DNA of 64,000 nt from Candidatus Aminicenantes bacterium. GTDB lineage: Bacteria > Acidobacteriota > Aminicenantia > UBA2199. The stretch lies in assembly GCA_016934745.1 (NCBI GenBank), contig JAFGSF010000005.1, positions 39,829 through 103,828 of the forward strand, given 5' to 3'. A program made the translations under genes and the position numbers. The notes beneath the pieces were generated by a model that worked only from the letters and a program-made list of their open reading frames with translations, was not told the DNA's origin and searched no databases. Shown here piece after piece: positions 44,550-57,240 of the stretch; within the stretch, counting starts at the first letter, position 1; every line of letters starts with the position of its first letter.

Positions 44550-45836
44550 TCAATGATATTCTTTAAAAATAACCGGGATTTTTTTCTTCAGCCAGTTGAA
44601 ATATTCTTTAACCGATTTTTCACCCGCCAGCCACCAGTTGCTGGCCAGGCCGTCTTTTTTCAGATCGCTGAAGATTTGACGTTCGGCATCGCTCAAATAA
44701 GAAGGTAACCGCCGCGCGAAAGGGCTTCCGGCCAGTGGGGAAAAATGGTGCAACTGAAAATAGACCCGGTATTTCTTTTTCAAGCTTTTCATCAACTCCA
44801 GCAATTCGCGGCGATCAGCAGCCGTTTCTCCGGGCAAGGCGATGATGAAATCCAGGTTGGCTGCGAAACCGGCGCTGTTGGCAACCTCAACCGCGGTGAT
44901 GATATCAAGCACCCGGTGGCCGCGGCCGATGGCCGCCAAGCGCACATCCGAAGCACTCTGGGCGCCAAAGGTCAGGCGTCGGTTGGCAACAAAATTAGCC
45001 AAGGTGGCTAAAACATCGTCGCGAACTGTATCGGGCCGTACCTCGCTGGGGAAAATCCCATATTCAATGAAATTAAAACCGGCCTGCCGGCAGCGCTCGA
45101 GTACAGCCCGTATTCTTCCCACATTCGGATGTCCGGGCTTTTCTGCACCAAACTCAAACGCCGAAGGTGAGATGAACCCGACGCGCGGCAGGCGGCGGCG
45201 CCGCAATTCCTCAAGATAAACGCTGATGGAATCCAGGCTCCGATAGCATGGGTTTTCACCGCCCGTCTGGCAATAGCGGCAGCGCCAGAAACAGCCCCGG
45301 GCAATTTCCAGAGGCGGCACTGTTTTCAAATACGCGGAAATCGGAAAATATTTTTCCCAGGATTCAACTTTCCGCTCACTGTCAGATTTATTGTCCAGGG
45401 TCTGGTCATCATAGATCATCGCTGCACGTGCAGTCAAATTTCCGGACAGCAGGTCGCGGCCGAAACGCAAAAAATTATCCTCTCCGGGACCACGAAAAAT
45501 GACATTAAAACCGCAATCCACGGATAAATCAGGTTCGGCGCTGACGTGGGGACCCCCGGCAGCCAATATTGGGGCTAGCGCGGCTCGCGAACGCAAATAA
45601 CCGATTTCTTCCGTCACCCAGGGCAGGTGCGGCGTCATGAAAGAATATATAAAAACATCTCCTTCCCTGATATCTTCACCAGGGCGGATAGACAACCGCC
45701 CAGGTGCGGCGTCAGCCAGATGGATGTCGAAATGACGATCTAAACCGTTCGTTTCCCAGATATTCAGCAGCAGTGGTATGGTCAGACGGTTGCCGGAAAA
45801 AACCCTGAAATAAATACGCCGTTTCCTGATTTTCAT
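44550..45836 (-). CDS. B12-binding-domain radical SAM protein
   Basis: 'IARGCFWRCRYCQTGG' CxxxCxxC cluster after an N-terminal B12-binding-like domain. Confidence 0.75.
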   Translation of the reverse strand: MKIRKRRIYFRVFSGNRLTIPLLLNIWETNGLDRHFDIHLADAAPGRLSIRPGEDIREGDVFIYSFMTPHLPWVTEEIGYLRSRAALAPILAAGGPHVSAEPDLSVDCGFNVIFRGPGEDNFLRFGRDLLSGNLTARAAMIYDDQTLDNKSDSERKVESWEKYFPISAYLKTVPPLEIARGCFWRCRYCQTGGENPCYRSLDSISVYLEELRRRRLPRVGFISPSAFEFGAEKPGHPNVGRIRAVLERCRQAGFNFIEYGIFPSEVRPDTVRDDVLATLANFVANRRLTFGAQSASDVRLAAIGRGHRVLDIITAVEVANSAGFAANLDFIIALPGETAADRRELLELMKSLKKKYRVYFQLHHFSPLAGSPFARRLPSYLSDAERQIFSDLKKDGLASNWWLAGEKSVKEYFNWLKKKIPVIFKEYH

Positions 45837-45846
45837 AATCCTGAAA

Positions 45847-45871
45847 GCCGCCGGCGAATGAGTGCGGCGGC
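45847..45871 (-). terminator. GC-rich hairpin (GCCGCCG...CGGCGGC) just downstream of atpC and 8 nt upstream of the radical SAM start; weak U-tract
   Basis: 7-bp GC stem seen in sequence; followed on the minus strand by UUUCAGGAUUAUG. Confidence 0.35.
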
Positions 45872-45875
45872 CGCT

Positions 45876-46303
45876 CTATTTTTTAGCTGATTTTTTACAA
45901 ATATCCAGCTTGAGGCGCAATTCCTTTTGCCTGGCCAATTCCTCTTTCAGCTCCAGCGGCGTGATGGCTCCCTGGAAAGAAGACTTGACCCTGTCGTCAC
46001 TGGCCGCCAGTTTTTTTTTCAGTTCTTCCGCGTTGAAATCCTCGCCGCGTTCGATGGTGTCGATGATCAGGGTAATGTGGTTGTCTCTGACTTCCAAAAA
46101 ACCTTCCCCGCTGTAAAGATAATGCCTGACTCCGGCCATGTCGAGGTAGGAAATCTCACCAGGCTTGAGTTGCGACAGGTAAGGCAAATGATTGGATTTG
46201 ACTCCGGCTTCACCCCAAAAGGCCGGAATGTATAAATCCTTGATTTCACTGCGTAGAAAAACTTCGCGGAAGGAGATGATTTCCAATTCGATGGTTTCAG
46301 CCA

Positions 46304-46304
<1 letters not shown>
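45876..46304 (-). CDS. atpC: F1 ATP synthase epsilon subunit
   Basis: 142 aa; beta-sandwich plus helical hairpin pattern; position after atpD. Confidence 0.85.
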
Positions 46305-48635
<2,331 letters not shown>

Positions 48636-48636
<1 letters not shown>

Positions 48637-50156
48637 CAGGAATTGCCGGTTTTCTTGAATTCACCGCAGAATTCTTTAAGCATGGCCTGTATTTTTTGCT
48701 CCAGTTCCGGAGTGATTACTTTTTTCTCCTTTATTTCCTGAAAAATGGCCGGGTGTTGCTTTTGCGTAAATTCCAGCATTTCCTGCTGGAATTGATGCAC
48801 ACGATCTACAGGGAATTCATCCAGATAGCCGCGCGTGCCGGCAAAAATCGAAACGATCTGCTTTTCAACCGGCATGGGCATACCTTCATCCTGCTTGAGC
48901 AGCTCGGACAACCTTTTACCGCGTTCCAGCTGGGCAATGGTTATTTTATCGAGATCGGAACCAAACTGAGTAAAAGCCTCGAGTTCCCTGAATTGGGCCA
49001 GGTCCATTTTCAAGGAGCCAGCCACTTGCTTCATGGCTTTTATTTGAGCGTTTCCGCCGACCCGCGAAACGGAGATACCGACATCGATGGCCGGACGCTG
49101 TCCGGCGTTGAACAGGTCGGGCAGCAGGTAAATCTGGCCGTCGGTGATGGAGATGACATTGGTGGGGATATAACCCGAAACATCCGATGCCTGCGTTTCA
49201 ATGATCGGCAAAGCGGTCAATGATCCGCCGCCCTTTTCATCATTCATTTTTGCCGCCCGCTCCAGCAGCCGCGAGTGCAGGTAAAACACGTCGCCGGGAT
49301 ACGCCTCGCGTCCCGGCGGGCGGCGCAGCAACAGTGAAATTTCCCGGTAAGCTGCGGCATGTTTGGACAAGTCGTCGTAGACCAATAAGGCGTGCCGGCC
49401 ACGATCGCGGAAGTACTCGCCCATGGCACAACCCGAATATGGAGCGATGTACTGCAATGCCGCGGGGTCAGAAGCCGAGGCCACCACCACCACGGAATAC
49501 TCCATGGCCCCGGTTTCGGTCAGTGTTTTGACCACCTGGGCGACAGTGGATTGTTTCTGGCCAATGGCCACGTATATGCAAATGACATCCTGGCCTTTTT
49601 GATTGATAATGGTGTCCAGGGCAATGGCCGTTTTCCCGGTTTGGCGGTCGCCGATGATCAATTCGCGCTGACCGCGACCGATGGGAATCATGGCGTCTAT
49701 GGCCTTGATTCCAGTCTGCAAAGGTTCCTTGACCGGCTGACGATCAATGACCCCGGGGGCCAGGGCTTCGATGGGCATGAAAATGGTGGAGCGAATGGGA
49801 TCCTTGTCATCCAGGGGTTCTCCCAGGGGGTTGACCACACGTCCAATGACATTTTCTCCGGCAGGAATTGAAATGATCCGGCCGGTGCGCTTCACGATAT
49901 CCCCTTCCTTGATCTTGTGGCTTTCGGCCAGCAGAATGGAACCGACATTGTCCTCTTCCAGGTTCAAGGCAATCCCATAAATCTGGCCGGGGAATTCCAG
50001 CAATTCGTTGTACATGACATTGTCCAGGCCGTAAATGCGGGCGATGCCATCGCCGATCGTGATGACCACCCCGGTTTCCTCTTTTTTAAAATCAAAGGCA
50101 AAGCCTTCGATTTTCTGCCTGATCAATTCACTGATTTCATCGACTTTGATTAGCAT
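48636..50156 (-). CDS. atpA: F1 ATP synthase alpha subunit
   Basis: '[19 protein letters not shown]' P-loop. Confidence 0.95.
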
Positions 50157-50702
50157 TTATTTTTCCCCTACAAGCGATTCGCGGAGTTTTTTCAGATTGC
50201 CGGCCAAAGAAAAATCGTAATGCAGCGATCCGCGCAGCAATCGGATCCCGGCTATCAAGGCCGGGTCAATTCCAAACTGCAGTCTGACCGGTTTATGCAG
50301 CGCTTTCTGCAAATTGCCAAGCAAACGTTCCTTCTGCGCGCCGTTGAGTTCGATGGAGGAAAATACTGTTATTTTCTCTACATCGTGCACGCGGCACCAG
50401 GCATCAGGCAATTGGCCTACAATCTGCTCAAGATAGGCAAAGCGGTTTTCGGCGACCAAGGTCAACAAAAAATGAAAACTATTGGCATGCAGCTTCATTT
50501 TATCTTTAATGATGTTGAGCGCCTTGATTTTCTCGGGCTGGGAGATCATGAAAGTCGCCAGGCCGACCTTCAGCTTGTCATCAGCGGCCAGCAGGGTAAG
50601 GACAGAATCCAGTTCATCGCGAACGCGCTTGAATTCATTTTCATCGGCAATGGTCAGAACCAGGGCCTTGGCATAGCGCCTGACCAGGCTACTTTGCTTC
50701 AT
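50157..50702 (-). CDS. atpH: ATP synthase delta (OSCP) subunit
   Basis: 'LVRRYAKALV' OSCP N-terminus; start placed at the internal ATG. Confidence 0.75.
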   Translation of the reverse strand: MKQSSLVRRYAKALVLTIADENEFKRVRDELDSVLTLLAADDKLKVGLATFMISQPEKIKALNIIKDKMKLHANSFHFLLTLVAENRFAYLEQIVGQLPDAWCRVHDVEKITVFSSIELNGAQKERLLGNLQKALHKPVRLQFGIDPALIAGIRLLRGSLHYDFSLAGNLKKLRESLVGEK

Positions 50703-51273
50703 CGATATCTCCGCAGTCCGAGATGTTGCGCTCAATGATTTTTTGTTGCATGTCGACATCCAGGCTTCTCATGAAATCCGCCTGGAAATGTGCAATGGCC
50801 AGGTCGGCGATATGGCTTTTAATGGAACGCACGGCCGCATCGACCCGTAATTGGATTTCCTCCTCGCTCAGAGCGATGATGCGTGCGGCTTCATCACGGC
50901 CGGCCGCTTCGAGTCGGGCCAATTCTTCCTGGCCATTGGCCAAGGCGTTTGATTTGATCTGTTCAACTTCCAGCGCCACTTTTTGTAGACGCTGCTCAAT
51001 ATCTTGCAGCAAGGCAGTTGTATCGGCAAGTTTTTTTTCACGCTCATGAAAATCGTTTACGATCCCTGCACTCTTCTCAGACAGCATTTTAATCAGCGGC
51101 TTTCGCAGCAACAGGGCCAGCCCGCCGAAAAGAATCGTGGAATTGAAAACCTTGCCAAGCACATTGAACCAATCCACATGATGGGAAGCGGCGTCATGGG
51201 CTTCTTCGCCTGCCGAAGCGGTCAGCAGCATGACCGCTAGAAGCAAGAGGGCGAAAATTTTGATTTTTTTCAT
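50689..51273 (-). CDS. atpF: ATP synthase F0 subunit b, with N-terminal signal-peptide-like extension
   Basis: Hydrophobic N-terminus then a long charged coiled-coil 'EREKKLADTTALLQD...'. Confidence 0.7.
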   Translation of the reverse strand: MKKIKIFALLLLAVMLLTASAGEEAHDAASHHVDWFNVLGKVFNSTILFGGLALLLRKPLIKMLSEKSAGIVNDFHEREKKLADTTALLQDIEQRLQKVALEVEQIKSNALANGQEELARLEAAGRDEAARIIALSEEEIQLRVDAAVRSIKSHIADLAIAHFQADFMRSLDVDMQQKIIERNISDCGDIDEAK

Positions 51274-51704
51274 AAATAGGCTTTTTTGATTTTTTCACTG
51301 AAGACAACGATCTCCTTTTCCAGGAGCTTCTCGGCAACCGCGACCTCTTTTTCCAATGCAGCCATCTTTTCCACCATGATCCGCGCCGCTTGTTCCTTGG
51401 CCTCGGACAAGTTCCGGGCACGCACGTCAATTCCCTTTTTCGACCATTCCTCCCTGATGCGCGACGCCTCCAGGCGTGCCTGATCCATTTGGTTTTCAAG
51501 ATCCCGGGTATGGGTTTCAACCTGTTCGGTCAATTTTTGCAAACGCTGGTTGTCAGCGGCGACCTTCGATTCTCTTTCATTGATGATCTTTTCCATTGGC
51601 TTGAAAAAAATATGAGTTAAAACGAGATAAAGTGCGCTAACCATGAAAAAAATCCAAAGCAGGGAAGAATTCAAGTCTAACATAGAGGAAATGTACCATA
51701 TCAT
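51270..51704 (-). CDS. ATP synthase F0 subunit b' (second b-type subunit)
   Basis: Single N-terminal TM plus coiled-coil; 4-nt overlap with atpF. Confidence 0.7.
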   Translation of the reverse strand: MIWYISSMLDLNSSLLWIFFMVSALYLVLTHIFFKPMEKIINERESKVAADNQRLQKLTEQVETHTRDLENQMDQARLEASRIREEWSKKGIDVRARNLSEAKEQAARIMVEKMAALEKEVAVAEKLLEKEIVVFSEKIKKAYL

Positions 51705-51735
51705 TCCCTAAAAATCAATATACCGTCATGAGCGA

Positions 51736-51764
51736 ATTGACAGGCATGGACTTATTGGTTAAGA
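51736..51764 (+). promoter_or_regulatory. Candidate dedA promoter TTGACA-17-TAAGAT
   Basis: Hexamers in the divergent intergenic region between atpF' and dedA. Confidence 0.35.
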
Positions 51765-51829
51765 TATCCGTTCACGGCGCACCCGTTTGGGGCGTCAGGT
51801 CGCAAAAATTCAGCTGAACTGGAGACCTC

Positions 51830-52477
51830 ATGGAACTGGTCGGAAAATTGTTTGATTTCATCATGCACATCGATGTCCATTTAAATTCCCTGATCGTATC
51901 CTACCAACTCTGGACCTATTTGATATTGTTCGTTATAATTTTTTGCGAAACCGGCCTGGTCATTACCCCCTTCCTCCCCGGTGACTCGCTGCTTTTCGCC
52001 ACCGGTGCCCTGGCTGCCACCCCGGGCAGCCCGTTGAAAGTCCACTGGGTATTCCTGATCCTCAGCCTTGCGGCTGTGATTGGCGACACCGTCAACTACT
52101 GGATCGGCCATTTCATCGGTCCCAAGATTTTCAGCCAGAAAAAGATACGATTATTAAAAAAAGAACACCTGGAACGAACCCATGAATTTTATGAAAAGCA
52201 CGGCGGCATTACCATTGTGCTGGCTCGCTTCATCCCCATCATACGCACCTTCGCGCCGTTCGTGGCCGGCATCGGCCGCATGTCCTATTGGCGCTTCATC
52301 GCCTACAACGTCGGCGGCGGCATCGCCTGGGTGGCCATTTTCGTTTTCGGCGGTTATTTCTTCGGCAATCTGCCCGTGGTCAGGCGCAATTTCACCGTGG
52401 TCATCATCGCCATCATCTTCATATCCGTTCTGCCCGGGGTAATCGAGTACCTGCGGCAAAGGCGGAAGCAGGCCTAG
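51830..52477 (+). CDS. dedA: DedA/SNARE-associated family membrane protein
   Basis: '[24 protein letters not shown]' DedA signature. Confidence 0.85.
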   Translation: MELVGKLFDFIMHIDVHLNSLIVSYQLWTYLILFVIIFCETGLVITPFLPGDSLLFATGALAATPGSPLKVHWVFLILSLAAVIGDTVNYWIGHFIGPKIFSQKKIRLLKKEHLERTHEFYEKHGGITIVLARFIPIIRTFAPFVAGIGRMSYWRFIAYNVGGGIAWVAIFVFGGYFFGNLPVVRRNFTVVIIAIIFISVLPGVIEYLRQRRKQA

Positions 52478-52532
52478 AACCAGCGGCTCAAAATACAGAA
52501 ATCGGCATTCGGTTCACAGTGAAAGGCGCCAG

Positions 52533-52567
52533 TTAAAAAAAGGTCTGCATGCTGCCTATTTTTTTTT
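52533..52567. terminator. A7-hairpin-T9 structure between convergent genes (candidate bidirectional terminator)
   Basis: AAAAAAAGG...CCTATTTTTTTTT seen in sequence. Confidence 0.35.
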
Positions 52568-52633
52568 CAATATTTGCCGTCCATACTGTGATGATGGCAA
52601 AGGCACACGTCGCACCCTTCCTGAATCATACAA

Positions 52634-55600
52634 TCAGTTTATGCTCAGATCGGTCGGTAGCTCGACGATGAACCGGGATCCAACTCCCGATTTGGAGTCC
52701 ACCTGAATCTCGCCTCCATGAAGGTCGACGAGCATCTTGACAATCGCCAAGCCAAGCCCGAAAGAGGACTCGCCGCCGGTCGGTCTGGCGCTGAGCTTCT
52801 GGAATTTGCCAAATATTTTCCGGCGATCATCCTCGGTGAAGCCCGGGCCCTCGTCCTCAATGATTAAGCGGCATCGTCCCCCGGCCCCTTCCGTGATCAC
52901 CCTGATGGAGCCGCCCAGCGGCGTGTACTTGACGGCATTCGAGACAAGGTTATCGACGATCTCGCGCATCCGTTCTTCATCCGCCCTGACCAGGCACTTG
53001 TAGCAGTTGACCAATTGAAGCGTCTGCTGCTTCTGCTGGACAAACGGCTCGTATGTCTGAGCCACGAGCTGGGCCGTCTGGTTCAGGTCGACCCGGGTCT
53101 TGTTCAGTACGATGTTTCCGGCCTCCAGGGAAGAGGTTTGAAGCAGGTCGTGGATAAGCTGGCTCATGCGCTCGCTGGTCTCCTGGATGACGAGCGCCTT
53201 CTGCCGGACATAGTCCGGATTCCCGGCCTTGAGGCTGAGTAGCTCGGAGTAGCCCATGATCAGCTGCAGGGGGCTGCGCAGGTCGTGGGCGGCGACGCCC
53301 ATGAGCTCCGTCTTGAGCTGGTTGGCCAGTTCCAGCTCATTGTTTTTCTCAGCCAGCTGCTGCCGCGCCAACGCTTCCTGTTCAAGTGCTTGTTCGACGC
53401 TTTCCTTGGCCAGTTTGAGATCTTCAGTGCGCTGGTGGACCCTGGTCTCGAGGATATCGCGTCGGTGCTTCAGGTAGCGTATGCGGAGGCGATGACTCAA
53501 CATGACAGCGCTCACGGCAAGTAAAAAGCCGAACAGAATGAAGGCGCGCGTCTGGTACCAGCGTGTCCGCACCGTGAACGCGAATCCGGCGCTGTGCTCG
53601 CTCCAATCCCGGCCATTGGTGGATGCCGCGATACGGACGATATAATTCCCGGCTCCTGGATTGGACAGATTGATACGGCCGCTTTTTCCTAGATCATGCC
53701 AGTCTGAGCTCAGTCCGTCGATGCGGTACCGGTAATGTACGTTCTCCGGTTCCTGCAGGTCCAGCCCGACAAAAGAGAGCTCGATCATGCGAACGTCTGC
53801 TGAGAACTGTGCAGGAAGTAACGGATCGATCTCCCGGTTATCAACCTGGATATTCTCAATCACGACTGGCGGTGGCGACTTGACAGGCATCTGGTAAGCA
53901 GGGTCGACAATCACCACGCCGCCCACTGTGGAGAAGGCCAGCCTTCCGTCCAGAGTGCGGACTGCCGACGGCGAATACCCGCCGGAGCACTCCGTGGCCT
54001 TCATCCCGTCAGATTGGCCATAGAGAATCGGGTGCAGTCGGTCACTGGCGCCATCGGCGACCGCGTTGAGTTCGGCGCTGCTGACTTTGAATACACCGCG
54101 ATTATTACTCATCCACAGGTAGTCGAACTGGTCGTTCAGGATACTGTAAACGGTATTGCCGGGCAGTCCCTGCGACTCGCCGACGCGGACGAACTGCCGA
54201 CCGCGGACGCGGTACAGGCCATCGGTGTAGGTGCCGAACCACAGTGTCCCGGACGCCTCTTCGAACGCGCTTAAAAATATCGGGCGCTCACTGCAGCCGG
54301 GAATCTCGACTGGCACAGGCCCATCGGCCCGAAGTAAGAACAACCTGGTGCGCGAGCCCATCCAGATTTGTCCAGCAGTGGACTCGAAAAGGAGGAAGAT
54401 GCCCTCCCCTGTCAGCGCCTGTCCTGGATCAGGCTTCACCAGCCTGCCGCCGTCGAAATGGCAATATCCCAAAGCTGTTCCGACCCAAACACGATCCTGG
54501 CGATCGGCCAGCAGCGAATAAATGACGCTGCTCGGCAGTCCTTCCCGTGTGGTGAAGAGGGCGGAGCCGGCGCTGCTGAGCCGGACCAGCCCGCGGTTGG
54601 TTCCAACCCAGAGCTGCCCGCGATGGTCATCGTGAAGCGCTCTGATAGTGTTTCTCTTGAGGATATCGGGCGAACCGATGGATTGCATCATGCCTTCCGG
54701 ATCCAACCGGTTCAGGCCACTCTCGGTGCCGATCCAGAGGCGGTTCTTGCTGTCGCAGAAGTTTGCGGTGACCAAGTCGTTGCCGAGCCCCTTCTGTCTG
54801 TCGTAGGTAATGAAGAGATCACGTGAAAGCCGGAAGAGGGAGTTGGGTGTCGCCATCCAGACGAATCCCCGGCGATCTTGATGGAAGGCCTTGACAATCC
54901 CGGCCTGCCGATAAGTAGCTTGCCTGGCCACGATACGTATTGTCATATCCGGTCCGATCTGGGCGATTCCCGACGCCGTCCCGATCCACAGAAGTCCATC
55001 ATGATCCAGAAAGACCTGTGTGACAAGGTCATCGGGCAGCCCATCGTGGGTCGTGAACTGGCGGCGCTCGCCCCGATCAACGAATGACAACCCCGCTTCG
55101 GTTGCAACCCACAATCTGTTTTGCCCGTCCGCACAAACATCCCTGATTACCCCGGGCTCCGAATGAATTTGCCGCAGCCCGCCTTGGTCCCAGCGGAAAA
55201 TGGAGGAGGAAGTCGCCACCAGGAGCTGACCTCCAGACATGCTGGCCAAGGCCACGATCTCGAGCCCCGCCAGGGGCGCGAGTTCGCCGAGAACGACCAG
55301 CTTGCCCCGATCGATGACCGCCGGACCCTTGCGGGTTCCGATCCACAGCCGACCATAAAGGTCTTCATGCAATGCGTTGACCTGCATGCTGGGCAGGAGG
55401 CGCCTGTCCACGACCATGGCAAAAGTGCGATCGTGGTAGGCGACGATCTCGCCGTTGTAACTGTACAGCCACAGGGTGCCGTCGCGGGTGGTCAATAAGC
55501 GGCGGATGTCGTTATGGCCCAAAACCGGAACATTCGCAGTATTGAAGACGAAGAACTCACGGCCATTGAAGCGCACCAGCCCTTCCTGGGTTGCCAGCCA

Positions 55601-55801
55601 CAGGTATCCATCTGGGGTTTCTTCAAGGTCGGAGATATTGACGGATGGCACCCCTTCCGGGTAGCCCCAGCGCCTCAAGTTCTCGTGCATTCCAGCCGGG
55701 CCCAGCTCAAGCTCTTGTCCGTACGCAGCCATGGAGCAGGCGAGCAGGACAGCCAGCATCACCAGCCAGGGAGTACTGATCGAAAAACCAATTTTCCCCA
55801 T
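52634..55801 (-). CDS. Sensor histidine kinase with periplasmic two-component-regulator propeller repeats and a Y_Y_Y domain; no receiver domain
   Basis: Signal peptide; propeller repeats ('GLWIGT', 'LWVGT' recurring); Y_Y_Y 'HYRYRIDGLSSDW'; TM; HisKA 'AHDLRSPL'; HATPase 'GLGLAIVKMLVDLHGG'. Confidence 0.8.
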   Translation of the reverse strand: MGKIGFSISTPWLVMLAVLLACSMAAYGQELELGPAGMHENLRRWGYPEGVPSVNISDLEETPDGYLWLATQEGLVRFNGREFFVFNTANVPVLGHNDIRRLLTTRDGTLWLYSYNGEIVAYHDRTFAMVVDRRLLPSMQVNALHEDLYGRLWIGTRKGPAVIDRGKLVVLGELAPLAGLEIVALASMSGGQLLVATSSSIFRWDQGGLRQIHSEPGVIRDVCADGQNRLWVATEAGLSFVDRGERRQFTTHDGLPDDLVTQVFLDHDGLLWIGTASGIAQIGPDMTIRIVARQATYRQAGIVKAFHQDRRGFVWMATPNSLFRLSRDLFITYDRQKGLGNDLVTANFCDSKNRLWIGTESGLNRLDPEGMMQSIGSPDILKRNTIRALHDDHRGQLWVGTNRGLVRLSSAGSALFTTREGLPSSVIYSLLADRQDRVWVGTALGYCHFDGGRLVKPDPGQALTGEGIFLLFESTAGQIWMGSRTRLFLLRADGPVPVEIPGCSERPIFLSAFEEASGTLWFGTYTDGLYRVRGRQFVRVGESQGLPGNTVYSILNDQFDYLWMSNNRGVFKVSSAELNAVADGASDRLHPILYGQSDGMKATECSGGYSPSAVRTLDGRLAFSTVGGVVIVDPAYQMPVKSPPPVVIENIQVDNREIDPLLPAQFSADVRMIELSFVGLDLQEPENVHYRYRIDGLSSDWHDLGKSGRINLSNPGAGNYIVRIAASTNGRDWSEHSAGFAFTVRTRWYQTRAFILFGFLLAVSAVMLSHRLRIRYLKHRRDILETRVHQRTEDLKLAKESVEQALEQEALARQQLAEKNNELELANQLKTELMGVAAHDLRSPLQLIMGYSELLSLKAGNPDYVRQKALVIQETSERMSQLIHDLLQTSSLEAGNIVLNKTRVDLNQTAQLVAQTYEPFVQQKQQTLQLVNCYKCLVRADEERMREIVDNLVSNAVKYTPLGGSIRVITEGAGGRCRLIIEDEGPGFTEDDRRKIFGKFQKLSARPTGGESSFGLGLAIVKMLVDLHGGEIQVDSKSGVGSRFIVELPTDLSIN

Positions 55802-55948
55802 GGATAGTTTATACCTCGTGGGAAGACGATTTTCAAGGACTTGGCGTGTATTTCACTAGCCAAGATAAAAAAAATCGAATTCACCACACCGAAAGCAATT
55901 AAAATTGGATATGTGGATGATTGGGATAACCGAGCCACATGTCAGGCG

Positions 55949-57238
55949 TTATACGTCACAGGTCACATCTATCTCTTCGAGCTTGGCGATCTTCTGCCGC
56001 AGACGCTGCAGCCGCTTTTCCAGGTCCTGCTGCTGGCTTGGGCTCAGGGTTACACTGCCCAGAGCCTTCTCCACGATTTCGACCGCCTGGTAATAATTGC
56101 GCTCCCGGTGCTCGTAATGCACCGATATTTCACGGAAAGCCTGCAAATCGTTGGTCCCGGAAAGGATCTCCCACAGCGTCATCGCTTCGATGTACAATTT
56201 TTTCTTTTTTAACAAAACAGACAGACGGCGCACGGCTTGCTCACTGACCGCATTGCGGCCGCTGACATCCTTGGCAATGCGGTAGTAAGCTTCGGCTTTT
56301 TCCAACAGTCCCGCCCGTTCGCAAAGTAAACCTAGACCAAGTATCTCACCTTCATCACCGGTCAGTTTATAATCGTCCAGGTAGCGGGCGCCCAGCAGCA
56401 CTACGGCCGCCAGCCCGACCAGATCCATGGCATTATGCTCGATAATCGGTTCGATAACGGAAAAATCATTGTGGCGCAGAAAGTTGAAATACAGAGCTGG
56501 AATGGTACTGGCATCGATATCGTCGGCACGAGAAAGCCCCAGCAGCATTTCGCCCAAATAGCCCAACTTGCGTGAATCAAAGGTATTTTTCCACAGCGTA
56601 CGGGCCGGAAAAAGAAAATCGAGATGGAGTAAATCCAGCAGCGGCATACGCCGGCGCTGCAGGATATAGCGGGTTTCCAGCAAGGGGAAATCAAAGGCCT
56701 TGCCGTTGAAGGTCACGATGGCTGAAAAGTTTCCTGTTTTTAAAAATTCATCGACCGCGGCCAGAAATTCCCCTTCACGGTCCAGATCCTGGAGTAAAAA
56801 TATCTTGACCTGAAAAACCTGCTCGCTAAAAAAGCCGAAACCAAGCATGAAGGGAATCGTACCGGTTCCACCGGCCAGCCCGGTGGTCTCGGTGTCAAAA
56901 AAAAGCACTTTGTGGATATCCAGTCCGGAAAAAGCGCTGCTGCCCGAGATAATGGCCAACGCTTCAGGCTGCAGGGCGTACCAATCGCCGAGGCGCACCT
57001 TGCCATAACGACCTTCCCGTGGATAAAAAAAATCCTTGACCAGGAAAGGTTCGCGGTCAACCACCACGGGAGCTTCCCTTCGTCTGCCTGCAGTGAGCCC
57101 CTTTCTTTTCAAGTTCTGCAGGACCAGTTTTTCAAGTTTTTCCCGGGTGGTCAGCCCATCGGCATTATCCAGGCCATTCAGCTTTTTATGAATGCGTTTA
57201 GGCCCAATCTCCTTAAGCCGGTCATGAAGTTTTCTCAT
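55949..57238 (-). CDS. YprB-like RNase-H-fold (DnaQ/PolB-exonuclease-like) protein with C-terminal TPR
   Basis: 'VLFFDTETTGL' exonuclease motif I; C-terminal helical repeats. Confidence 0.6.
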   Translation of the reverse strand: MRKLHDRLKEIGPKRIHKKLNGLDNADGLTTREKLEKLVLQNLKRKGLTAGRRREAPVVVDREPFLVKDFFYPREGRYGKVRLGDWYALQPEALAIISGSSAFSGLDIHKVLFFDTETTGLAGGTGTIPFMLGFGFFSEQVFQVKIFLLQDLDREGEFLAAVDEFLKTGNFSAIVTFNGKAFDFPLLETRYILQRRRMPLLDLLHLDFLFPARTLWKNTFDSRKLGYLGEMLLGLSRADDIDASTIPALYFNFLRHNDFSVIEPIIEHNAMDLVGLAAVVLLGARYLDDYKLTGDEGEILGLGLLCERAGLLEKAEAYYRIAKDVSGRNAVSEQAVRRLSVLLKKKKLYIEAMTLWEILSGTNDLQAFREISVHYEHRERNYYQAVEIVEKALGSVTLSPSQQQDLEKRLQRLRQKIAKLEEIDVTCDV

Positions 57239-57240
57239 GC

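Noticed and set aside
52542-52556. Strong GC hairpin in the dedA/sensor-kinase convergent gap
   Set aside because: The central segment GGTCTGCATGCTGCC does not form more than 3 bp. Only the flanking A7/T9 runs can pair, so it is called a low-confidence AT-type terminator only.
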